Below are positions 54,201 through 64,000 of a DNA stretch of 64,000 nucleotides, in pieces. The position numbers were made by a program, and so were the translations under genes. The DNA is taken from assembly GCA_964016885.1 (NCBI GenBank), contig OZ024743.1, positions 222,208,001 through 222,272,000 on the forward strand, read 5' to 3'. The notes beneath the pieces were generated by a model. The model was not told the origin of the DNA and searched no databases. It saw only the letters and a program-made list of their open reading frames with translations. Within the stretch, counting starts at the first letter, position 1; every line of letters begins with the position of its first letter. This DNA comes from Eledone cirrhosa. Taxonomy: Eukaryota.

Positions 54201-55216
54201 GTGGACATTGGTGGACATTACTGGACGTTAGTGGACATTGATATACATTACTGGATGTTAGTGGACATTGGTGGACATTACTGGATGTTAGTGGACATTG
54301 GTGGACATTACTGGACGTTAGTGGCCATTGGTGGACATTACTGGACGTTAGTGGACATTGGTAGACATTACTGGATGTTAGTGGACATTGGTGGACATTA
54401 CTGGACGTTAGTGGACATTGGTGGACATTACTGGACGTTAGTGGACATTGGTGGACATTACTGGATGTTAGTGGACATTGGTGGACATTACTGGACGTTA
54501 GTGGACATTGGTGGACATTACTGGACGTCAGTGGACATTGATAGACATTACTGGACCTTAGTGGATATTGATAGACATTACTGGACGTTAGTGGACATTG
54601 CTAGACATTACTGGACGTTAGTGGACATTGGTAGACATTACTGGACGTTAGTGGACATTGGTAGACATTACTGGACGTTAGTGGACATTGCTGGACATTA
54701 CTGGACGTTAGTGGACATTGGTGGACATTACTGGACGTTAGTGGACATTGGTGGACATTACTGGACGTTAGTGGACATTGGTGGACATTACTGGACGTTA
54801 GTGGACATTGGTGGACATTACTGGACGTTAGTGGACATTGGTGGACATTACTGGACGTTAGTGGACATTGATAGACATTACTGGACGTTAGTGGATATTG
54901 ATAGACATTACTGGACGTTAGTGGACATTGCTAGACATTACTGGACGTTAGTGGACATTGGTAGACATTACTGGACGTTAGTGGACATTGGTAGACATTA
55001 CTGGACGTTAGTGGACATTGGTGGACATTACTGGACGTTAGTGGACATTGGTGGACATTACTGGACGTTAGTGGACATTGGTGGACATTACTGGACGTTA
55101 GTGGACATTGGTGGACATTACTGGACGTTAGTGGACATTACTGGATGTTAGTGGACATTGGTGGATATTACTGGACGTTAGTGGACATTGGTGGACATTA
55201 CTGGACGTTAGTGGAT
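51281..55216. repeat. ~3.9-kb minisatellite, 30-bp unit built from three related 10-mers (GACATTACTG-GAYGTTAGTG-GACATTGRTR), ~130 copies
   Basis: Directly visible; a degenerate seed lies at ~50055-50125. Confidence 0.97.
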
Positions 55217-55750
55217 GTAGTCAAAAAGATTTTTTCTTGTATTTTTCTTTCGAGTTGTCAAACGATGTTTTTTTAAGTTATAGTTTCATAACTTTTATTC
55301 ACAGTTGTATAAATAACATTACAAATATGTTTTGAATATATACATAAATAACATTAAATATAATGTCATAAAAGAGAGATAAAAATATGGGCGAAGGTGG
55401 TGGTGGGGGGGGGGGGGGGCAATTAGTATTCTACCGTTTTGGGTACAACGTTAAGAACGTCACGAATAAATGGCTCAGAAATATCATATGTTGAAATATA
55501 CTTCGGAAAACATTACTTTGTTTTGTTTTGTCATCCTTTGCCCTTTATATATTTCTACAGCTCTGTACCGACTTTTCGAAACTTATCAGTTGTTTATTAC
55601 ATATCTCACAATACTTCGTTTTAACTTTACTAATATACGATATCAGTTTCACGTGATCCTGCTTAGGCTGAAAGCGAAAATTGTTGGCTTAAACTTTTAA
55701 TATGTGCTATTAATAAATATTGCTCTACGGGTTTATATATATTATATATA

Positions 55751-57085
55751 CTAGCAGAAAACTGCCCAAAAGGCGGTTCTTCTGCCTTTTGGGCAGTTTT
55801 CTGCTAGTATATTGATATACGAAAATATATATCCACGTAGATATAATACATAAATTGATAATATGCACGTAAACTGAACAAAGACTGTGTTACACTTATT
55901 TCTGTAATCAGTAAAGTAATCCATGATACATTTAAAAAAAAAAGGCAATAATCGAGATGGAAAAGCGATGAAACTGTTGACGGAAAATGTCCATGAATCT
56001 TCTCTTGAGAATGTCGATGGGAAGCTTCGAGCAGTGAATTTGAAAATAGATGCTGCTGGTATGAATGAATGAATTACATTTACCAATATGAAGAGTTGAT
56101 CTTCGCTATATTGTTGTTTTACTGTATTCACATATAGACTTCTTAGGTTTTTGTAATGTCCCTTTTCTAGCAGTTGAAAAGTAACTGGAATGCATTTCAA
56201 CTAAAAGAGAGTGATAGCTGTTTCACATCGCTGTAGAATTTCTTTGTAGACACAGTTGTCTGCAAACAGATCCCTTTCATTTAATATTTATATATTTTCT
56301 TTTTTTGTAACTCGTGATAATGCAACATACATCTGACCATGTGAGAAGAATTGTGTTGGTAGATATACACCTATCTTTTCAAATGTCTGCCCTTGTGCCT
56401 TGTTGCATGTAAGGGCAAAGGCTGGTTTGATAGGAAATTGCTTGCGAGTAAAGGTGAAAGGGAACTCAAGCTCTTGAGATACATGTGGTATCCTTGGGAT
56501 TAGCAACCTTGTTCCAGCATTGGACCCAGTGCCACTTCAGCTTCAATTACATGATTATGTAAACTGATGATGTTGTAGCGTATACCATTGCAATGCCCGT
56601 TTAGAGGATCCAGATTTCTCAGAAGCATGATGCAACTGCCTTTTTTCAGTTTAAGTATGTATGTTGGGAAGCCTGATGGGGTAAGTTTGTTGATGAACTC
56701 AATTGGATATTGCAATTCATTATCTACTTTCAAATCCCGCCGAGGTTAACTTTGCCTTTCATCCTTATGGGATCGATAAAATAAAGTACCAGTAATGCAC
56801 TGGGTAATTGCTGGCCTTGTGCCAAAAAGTAGAAACAATTATCTACTGTATCAGAGCTCTGTAGATTATTTCATGACCAGGGAACTTGTTGACCATGAAC
56901 TCATTCACCAATCTTGCTGCATCATTTGTTGGAGTGATAGTGGCTCTATTTGCAGGCCATAGTGGGTTGGTGTAGTTTCCTGGAAGATTTGTATACACAA
57001 AATCACACAGTCCAGACACATTACCATATTCCAGACAAAGTTCGTTTGGCAGAAGAATTGTGAATGCAACAGTTGGAACAGTTGG
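55751..57085 (-). mobile_element. Helitron 3' part (PIF1 helicase remnant + terminal hairpin/CTAG), interrupted by a SINE
   Basis: RATITPTND..VNKFPG (56850-57080), YPIEFINKLTPSGFP..LLRNLDP..CNG, FTRKQFPIKPAFALTCNKAQGQTF..FSHGQMYVALSR. Palindrome CTAGCAGAAAACTGCCC..GGGCAGTTTTCTGCTAG at 55751-55807. Confidence 0.85.
56729..56840 (+). mobile_element. 5'-truncated Meta-domain SINE inserted in the Helitron helicase, TSD ATTATCTACT
   Basis: ATTATCTACT at 56719-56728 and 56838-56847. Confidence 0.85.
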
Positions 57086-57950
57086 ACCAGCTTTCGCGCA
57101 TGAGACTTACGGACCAGACTTCGCGCATGTGCAGTACGGATCAGACTTCGCGCATGCGCACTTCGGACCAGCCTTCGTGCATGCACACTTCGGATCAGCA
57201 TGCGCAGTACAGACCAGCCTTCGCGCATGTGTAGTACGGACCAACCTTCGCAAATGCGCAGTACGGACCAGCCTTCGCAAATGCGAACCTCAGACCACAA
57301 TTCGCGCATGCGCACTTCGGACCAGACTTCGCGCATGCGCAGTACCGACAAGTCATCGCGCATGTGCACTTTTGACAAGCTTTCGCGCATGCGCAGTACG
57401 GACCAGCCTTCAAGAATGCACTCTTCTGACCAGACTTCGCGCATCCGCACTTCGGCCCAGCCTAGCGCATGCGCAGTACGGACCAGCCTTCGCGCATGCG
57501 CACACGGACCAGACATCGCACATGCGCAGTACTGACCAGCCTTCGCGCATGCGCAGTACCGACCAGCCTTCGCACATGCGCAGTACGGACCAGCCTTCGC
57601 AAATGCGCAGTACGGACAAGCCTTCGCGCTTGCGCAGTACGGACCAGCCTTCGCGCATGCGCAGTACAGACCAGCCTTCGCACATGCGCAGTACGGACCA
57701 GCCTTTGCAAATGCGCAGTACGGACAGGTCTTCGCGCATGCGCAGTACAGACCAGCCTTCGCACATGCGCAGTACGGACCAGCCTTTGCAAATGCGCAGT
57801 ACGGACAGGCCTTCGCGCATGCGCACTTCGGACCAGACTTCGCGCATGCGCAGTACTGACCAGCCTTCGCATGTGTGCACTTTTGACAAGCCTTCGCGCA
57901 TGCGCAGTACGGCCCTGACTTCGCGCATGCGCACTTCGGACCAGACTTCG
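57085..57950. repeat. 27-bp CpG-rich minisatellite (CCAGCCTTCGCGCATGCGCAGTACGGA), ~30 copies
   Basis: Visible; ORF-track translations repeat every 9 aa. Confidence 0.95.
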
Positions 57951-58045
57951 TTCAATTTCTGTGTATATTGTCAATTACGATTTTATTTGATCATATCTAC
58001 ATGCATATACACTTGCGTATAATATCAATATACACACTACACAAG

Positions 58046-58084
58046 CTAGCAGAAAAACCACCCGAAAGGTGGTTTTCTGCTAGT
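58046..58084. mobile_element. Helitron-type terminal palindrome
   Basis: CTAGCAGAAAAACCACC-CGAAA-GGTGGTTTTCTGCTAG; same family as 55751 and 60438. Confidence 0.6.
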
Positions 58085-59024
58085 TATATTAAATGAGTTT
58101 TTAAAAAAAAAGTATAAATAAATAAAGAGTTAATAAATATATAAAACGTTATACTTGTTTTACTCTCCCATTTCCAATTAAATCGAACGCTATCATGACT
58201 GTATGTGTGTGTTTGTGTAAATGTATATGTATGCATGTTTGCGTGAAAGTATGTGTGAATGTATGTGTATTTGTGTGAATTATGTCCGTGAGTGTGTATT
58301 TGTGTGAATTATGTCCGTGAGTGTGTATTTTTTTATAAGTTTGTGTTTGCGCCATTATAATTATATACTCATACATGTAGATGTATGTATGTGCACACTC
58401 ACACGCGTCAGCGTGTAGAAAATCATAATCTCTCTCATCACACACTCTCTCTTTCTATATATATATATAGAAAGAGAGAGTGTGTGATGAGAGAGATTAT
58501 GATTTAGTTGAAGTGGTGGTGGTGGCGACGATATACCGGAAGTGCAACTTTGAAATGAAGTCAATTTTACATTATTTATTTTTACGAAATTATTTGTTTA
58601 CGAAATTAACACATAAATTATGTAATATTCATTCATTATTTATTCAAAGTAATCCAACTTATTTTACTAACTGGATTAAAAGAAATAAACCGTACGCAGT
58701 CCCACAGCCCTTGCTTTATTATAGTTTAGATATGCAACCCTTATTGAGTCCTCTTTGGATTTTGGTCTCTGTATTTATAAAAAATTACTAATATATATAT
58801 ATATATATGTATATATGTTCATTTGTTATTACAAGCGTGTTGGCTTGCCTGAAAATGTACAATTAACCCCCGAGGAGTGGGGTGTTGCCGATTGTCGCAC
58901 TTGGTGGTGAATCCCCCCCCCCCTCTTTTTTCTTCTTTTTCCTTCTTCTTTCTTTCCTTTATAATTTTTGTTCATTATTTTATATTTGCTTTGGTATTTA
59001 TGTATATATTTAAAATATGCACAG

Positions 59025-59760
59025 GCTATCGTTATCCAGCTGCGTGCCAGTGGAGAAGGAGGGCAAGGCATGGAGCCAGGCACCACTGTGGGGTTTGGAG
59101 GCCGCGCGAAAACAGGCAAGGCGGTGCTGGTTGAGCTGGCGCGTGAGCCTGTCTGAGGCCAAGCTGCACTGGATGGCATCCCATACGCTTTGGGGGGGGG
59201 GATACTTGACATCAGCAGGGGGAGAAGGAGGAGGGACGTCTACCGGGATAAGTCCCAGCCTGTCCCACGTTTCACAGGCGACCTCACGTTCCCTGACACA
59301 GAGGGTTCTATTGTGTTTTGGAGAACGCTGCTGACGAGCCGGTGGAGCTGGACCGAAAGGATGGCAAAAGGCCAGACGGTATGACCATCTTCCTGTTCCG
59401 TGGTGACAAACCCCTCGTCTGGGATGCCATTTGCAGCGACACTTTCTCCAGCCACAACCTGGTGCAGTCTGTGACTAACCCAGGTACTTCTGCACGTCGG
59501 GAGGTGACCAAACTCTCCAAGTACCAGTCGCTCTCCGACAGGTTCGCGTCGTGCCCTTGGCAGTGGAAACTTCTGGTGTCCTTGGCCCTAGGGCTACCTC
59601 CCTATTCCCCACCATAGGTGCTGAGCTAGCCATCCGCAGGTGTGAGCCTCGCGAGTTGGAATGGCTCTTCTAGTGCATCTCCTTTGCCATCCTCCGGCGA
59701 AACACCTTCTCCATCCTGTCCGCCGGGGCTGTGGGGAGGCCAGCACCTGGGTTCCCCATT
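59025..59760. mobile_element. CRE-type element copy with 5' inversion (59025-59245 minus, 59320-59760 plus)
   Basis: The first part is the reverse complement of ~50250-50465; the second part matches ~50660-51065. Confidence 0.8.
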
Positions 59761-60239
59761 TGCTCACCATATGGATTAATAGGCAAAGTTATAAACTATT
59801 GTAAATAAATCTCTCGTTACTTGACAACTGATGTATGATTATTACTCGTTATATGGAGCGAATAGAACAATTTCACGCCAAGACAAAAACACGTTTATGG
59901 TTATGTGGTTATGGTATAAATGAAGTCATTAGACTAAAATTCTATTTATAAATAGCAGTAGTACACGGCGTTGCACGGGATCAGGTATTGTGAAATATAT
60001 AACCGCCTTAGCTAAGCTTAGTATTGCCACAACCACGGCTGGCAAAGAAGTAAGGGTCTGGTGGTACGTAATTAAGCAACACTGTGGCTTAAAATGTGAG
60101 CAAGAAGTTTGGGGAATGAGTGTGGGATTTGTCTTGCGCAAGGGTGGCAGAATAACCGAAGGCAACAGACAGCCAGACATACAGACAGATATTATAAGGG
60201 CACGACGTTATATGTATGTATCTATCTAAGACTAAGAAT

Positions 60240-60476
60240 TATAGAGAGAGATCGCTAAATCGCCTGATGCGGTCCCTAGGGCATTGAAAATTTGAAATTT
60301 TTTGTGCTCAGAACACTCCCTGAAACATAAGTATTACATGTGTAAAGTTTGAAAACAGTCGGTTGGGTGCTTCTCTAGTTTTAGGGATTCAAACTCACAC
60401 ACACACAGACAGACATCCTCAGTTTTATATATATAGACTAGCAGAAAACCACCTGGTGAGCGGTTTTCTGCTAGCA
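60240..60476 (-). mobile_element. Non-autonomous Helitron 5' end abutting a Helitron 3' end
   Basis: Minus strand: hairpin...TTTTCTGCTAG|TCTATATATATAAAACTGAGGATGTCTGTCTGTGTG. Confidence 0.65.
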
Positions 60477-60982
60477 AATCTAGTGTATATACTGATATTG
60501 TTGAGATTTGGATGAGAAATGTTTTCGGCACCACACGTTCACCGTCTCTCGGTGTGTCTTTTATGCATGTATAAATATATATGTTATCTATACGGTGAAA
60601 TCTTTGAAATAAATATATGTTAAAACGAAAAAGGAGAAAAAGAGATTAGTGACGGAAATATAAACGTTATGATACATAAACGTTATGATATAACGATGGA
60701 AATATATCTTCAAATGGTCCTTGGCATGGTGTCAAGTCAGAACTGCCTTGAATTGGTTACTTCTGGCTTGTGCAAGGTGTCTCTATAGCAACCAGCGATT
60801 CCCTCGGCCTCAGTGACCAAAGTCAGTGGAGAGGGGAAGGTAATGTTTCTATAGCGACAGTGTTTCTCTTGGTAGTACCAAAGTGGAGAAAGGAAGGGGA
60901 AGATAATATTTCTGTAGCACCTACATTTGAGTTTTAGGGAAGGACAGACAGATAGACAAACAGAGAAATGCCCATATATTTC

Positions 60983-61015
<33 letters not shown>

Positions 61016-62346
61016 TACACACACAGAAATGTATATATATTTCTGTGTGTATATATATATATATATTACACACACAGAAATGTATATATATTTCTTAGAA
61101 CAAAATTATTATTAATGTTTTGCTGTTCATAACAATTGGAATTGAAAAATTACTTTTGAAATTATTAGTTATTTTACTAATGCTTAGATATGTAAAAATG
61201 AAGCAATGTTTCTAATAATTGTTTCTACTTTTGGCACAAGGCCAGCAATTACCCAGTACTTTACTGGTACTTTATTTTATCGACCCCGTGAGGATGAAAG
61301 GCAAAGTTAACCTCGGCGGTATTTGAACTCAGACCGTAAAGGGACGTAACTCCATGCTATGAAGCATGGTGTCCGACTCTCTACAGATTCTGCCAATCCA
61401 CCGCCCTAATGTCTGTACGTAATGAGGGAGTGAGAGGGGAGAGAAAGAAAGGCAGAGGTGAAGTGACGAAGTGACTCTCTCCTCCTGCTCCTCCTCCTCC
61501 ATCTCCCCATTCGTCACAGCAATAGAGAGGAGGAATGTTAGTGTGTTACAAAGAGAAAGAGTGAGAGTGAGAGAAACAGACAGACTAAAAGAGAGGGATA
61601 GCTGGAGAGAGAGAGAGATAGCAACCACGCACGCATGTGTTTCCACTGTTGGACAGACAGACAGAGAAATTGCTGGTTATATATTATAAGGAGATAACCG
61701 AATGATTCTCAGCTCCGGAGTTTAAGAATAATTTTGCAACGTTAATCTACTGCAAGTTTATACAACTGTATAAAATATTTAAATAAATCTGAAGATTAAG
61801 TAAATTAGTCATACATTAAAGGACTCAATTAAAAAAATGTAGTGTGAGCATTATACACACTCACACATACACACAATATGCTTGTGCTTTGGTTTTTACT
61901 ACACTGGTTTTCTAATGACTCTACATATTATTAGTAGGATCATGGTTTTAATTTATTTCTTAGTATGGTATTGGTGATAAAAAACATGAGCTAATAATTG
62001 TTTCTACTTTTGGCACAAGGCCAACAATTACTCAGTGCATTACTGGTACTTTATTTTATTGACCCTGTAAGGATGAAAGGCAAAGTTAACCTTGGCGGGA
62101 TTTGAACTCAGACCGTAAAGGGACGTAACTATGCTGGAAAGCATGGCATCCGACTCTCTACCGATACTGTTAAATAGCAGGCAGTGTTATAATAATGTAA
62201 CCCACTAGTAACCTATAGAATTCTCTACTCCGGCGGGATTTGAAGTCAGAATGTAAAGAGCCGTAAGGCATAAGCTAATAATATCAATACACATGTAGTC
62301 TATATACTTAAGACCCCAATCCCAAAACTATATATATATATATAGG

Positions 62347-62382
<36 letters not shown>

Positions 62383-63317
62383 TAGGATACATTATATATA
62401 CATCTTAGGATACATTACACAACTTGGAGTGTAGCTTTCGGATTCCTAGAAACCAATCGAAGATATATAATATCTATCGATCAGGTCCAGGTTCGTCTTT
62501 AACCTGTTTGTATTTCCGTTGTTGTTGTAGTAAGGTGGCAACACTACTACCTGGCATATATATATACATACACACACACCTCTGTGTGTGTGTATTTGTA
62601 TATACGTAATATGACTTCAAAACTGTTTGTAATGTCAAAACTACATATGAAGCCAACTCAAATGAATTCCAATTAACTTGAGTCCATTTTCATTAGCTTC
62701 TGCCTGTGTCAGTATCCAACAGCTTTCTCCAAATCATTTGGGCTTCATTTAATCAGCTTCTGTTTTAATTACATTACAATTTATATCAGATTCTGTCAGT
62801 TACAGTCCATTTCACTGCTTTCCAGTTCACTCCAATTAATATCATTATATTCCAATCCATACCAGTAAATTCCAATCCAATCAACTAAGTTCTGGCCACA
62901 CACATTGTACCACTATGCAGTCCAGTCAATCCATATCATTATATTCTAATCTATATCAGTTCATATCAGTGCAATCCAGTTCATACCAGTTTACTTTAGT
63001 TTGTTCTGGTACATTTTGGTCAACTCATGTAAGCTCAAGCCTGCCCACACTGCAAACCAGTCAAATCAGTAAACATCTTAATTAAGCATAGAAATTGAAA
63101 CAGTCCACACTGTAAGGTGGTCGTGAAGGAGACACGGTAAAAAGGCTCCCTGTCCATACTGTAAATGTGGTTGGTGTTAGGAAGGGCATCCAGCTGTAAA
63201 AAGACCTGCCAGAGACACTTCCGTATGAGTGAGACACAGTCTCCCGACCATTCCCGCATCAAATGGAACAAAACCGTCTAACCCATGCTAGCGTGTAAGA
63301 TGGATGTTAAACGATGA

Positions 63318-63365
<48 letters not shown>

Positions 63366-63809
63366 AAGTGGTTGTGTAGGTGTCATGACAAAAAAGCGCC
63401 CTGTCCACACTGTAAAGTGGTCATGTAGGTGTCATGACAAAAAGCACCCAGTTCACAGTTGGCATTAGAAAGGGCATCCAGCCATAGAAACTAAGCCAAA
63501 ATCAGTTCTGTGTGAGCAACACACAGTCATCCAACCTGGCTTGTCTCACAACAGGACACCTTGTCTAATCCATGCTAGAGTGGAAAATGGACATTAAACA
63601 ATGATGATGATAATGATATATATATATAAAACGGGTTGCCTTCATTACAGCTTATGGAGTCCACAGGAAGTGAGCCTGCTCAATATGTAGAAAAGTAGTA
63701 GGCATAAGCTCCATACGATGTACACAATGTAAATCTCTGGTACACAAGAGATGTAGTGAGATAACAGGTAGACTTACATGAAAGGAAGACTTTGTATATA
63801 GAAGATGCA

Positions 63810-64000
63810 ACTTATGATTTGTGTCACATTCCGCACTACGCATCACACCTACACTACACACATCAGTACGATCACGTTTATGGATGATGACAAAATCAAT
63901 CATGTGCCCATGCTTTGATCTCAGATGAGTCCATGTAATTTTGTATTTAAGTTTGTGTCCGAAGAAAATGTTGGAAATGGTCAAATTGAGTTCTGAGCAA
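63810..64000 (-). mobile_element. RTE LINE APE endonuclease fragment
   Basis: ISNIFF..K.KITWTHLRSKHGHMIDFVI...VMRSAECDTNHKL. Confidence 0.75.

Noticed and set aside
51543-55151. 773-aa and 346-aa ORFs (HYWTLVDIGR repeats)
   Set aside because: Translations of a 30-bp minisatellite with no unique N- or C-terminus, splice signals or domain.
56905-58022. Multiple overlapping long ORFs
   Set aside because: They arise from a 27-bp stop-poor tandem repeat.

Overview
AT-rich, repeat-dominated eukaryotic DNA, most consistent with a cephalopod (Octopus-type) genome. This is inferred from the (TA)n/(CA)n load, abundant Meta-domain tRNA SINEs, PHD-bearing RTE LINEs and Penelope-like elements. One host gene can be reconstructed: a minus-strand FAM227/FWWh-family gene with at least 5-6 small GT-AG coding exons between 15.4 and 29.4 kb, and a possible X-box-containing 5' end near 39.2-39.3 kb. 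Everything else is intronic or intergenic mobile DNA: a DD37D (maT) Tc1/mariner, two Penelope-like elements, RTE fragments, a near-full-length CR1-type LINE, an L1/Tx1 fragment, many CRE-type (RLE) fragments, Helitron helicase remnants and ends, piggyBac- and pogo-type MITEs, SINEs and large minisatellites. Two signals stand out. (1) Six mutually unrelated type I hammerhead ribozyme motifs, all in segments bordered by (TA)n. (2) Two separately inserted non-autonomous LTR retrotransposons (TG...AA LTRs, 4-bp TSDs, tRNA-Trp-like PBS) whose LTR/PBS boundary is a short conserved-repeat/hypervariable-spacer array that differs even between the two LTRs of one element. All calls were made by eye; no database searches were run.
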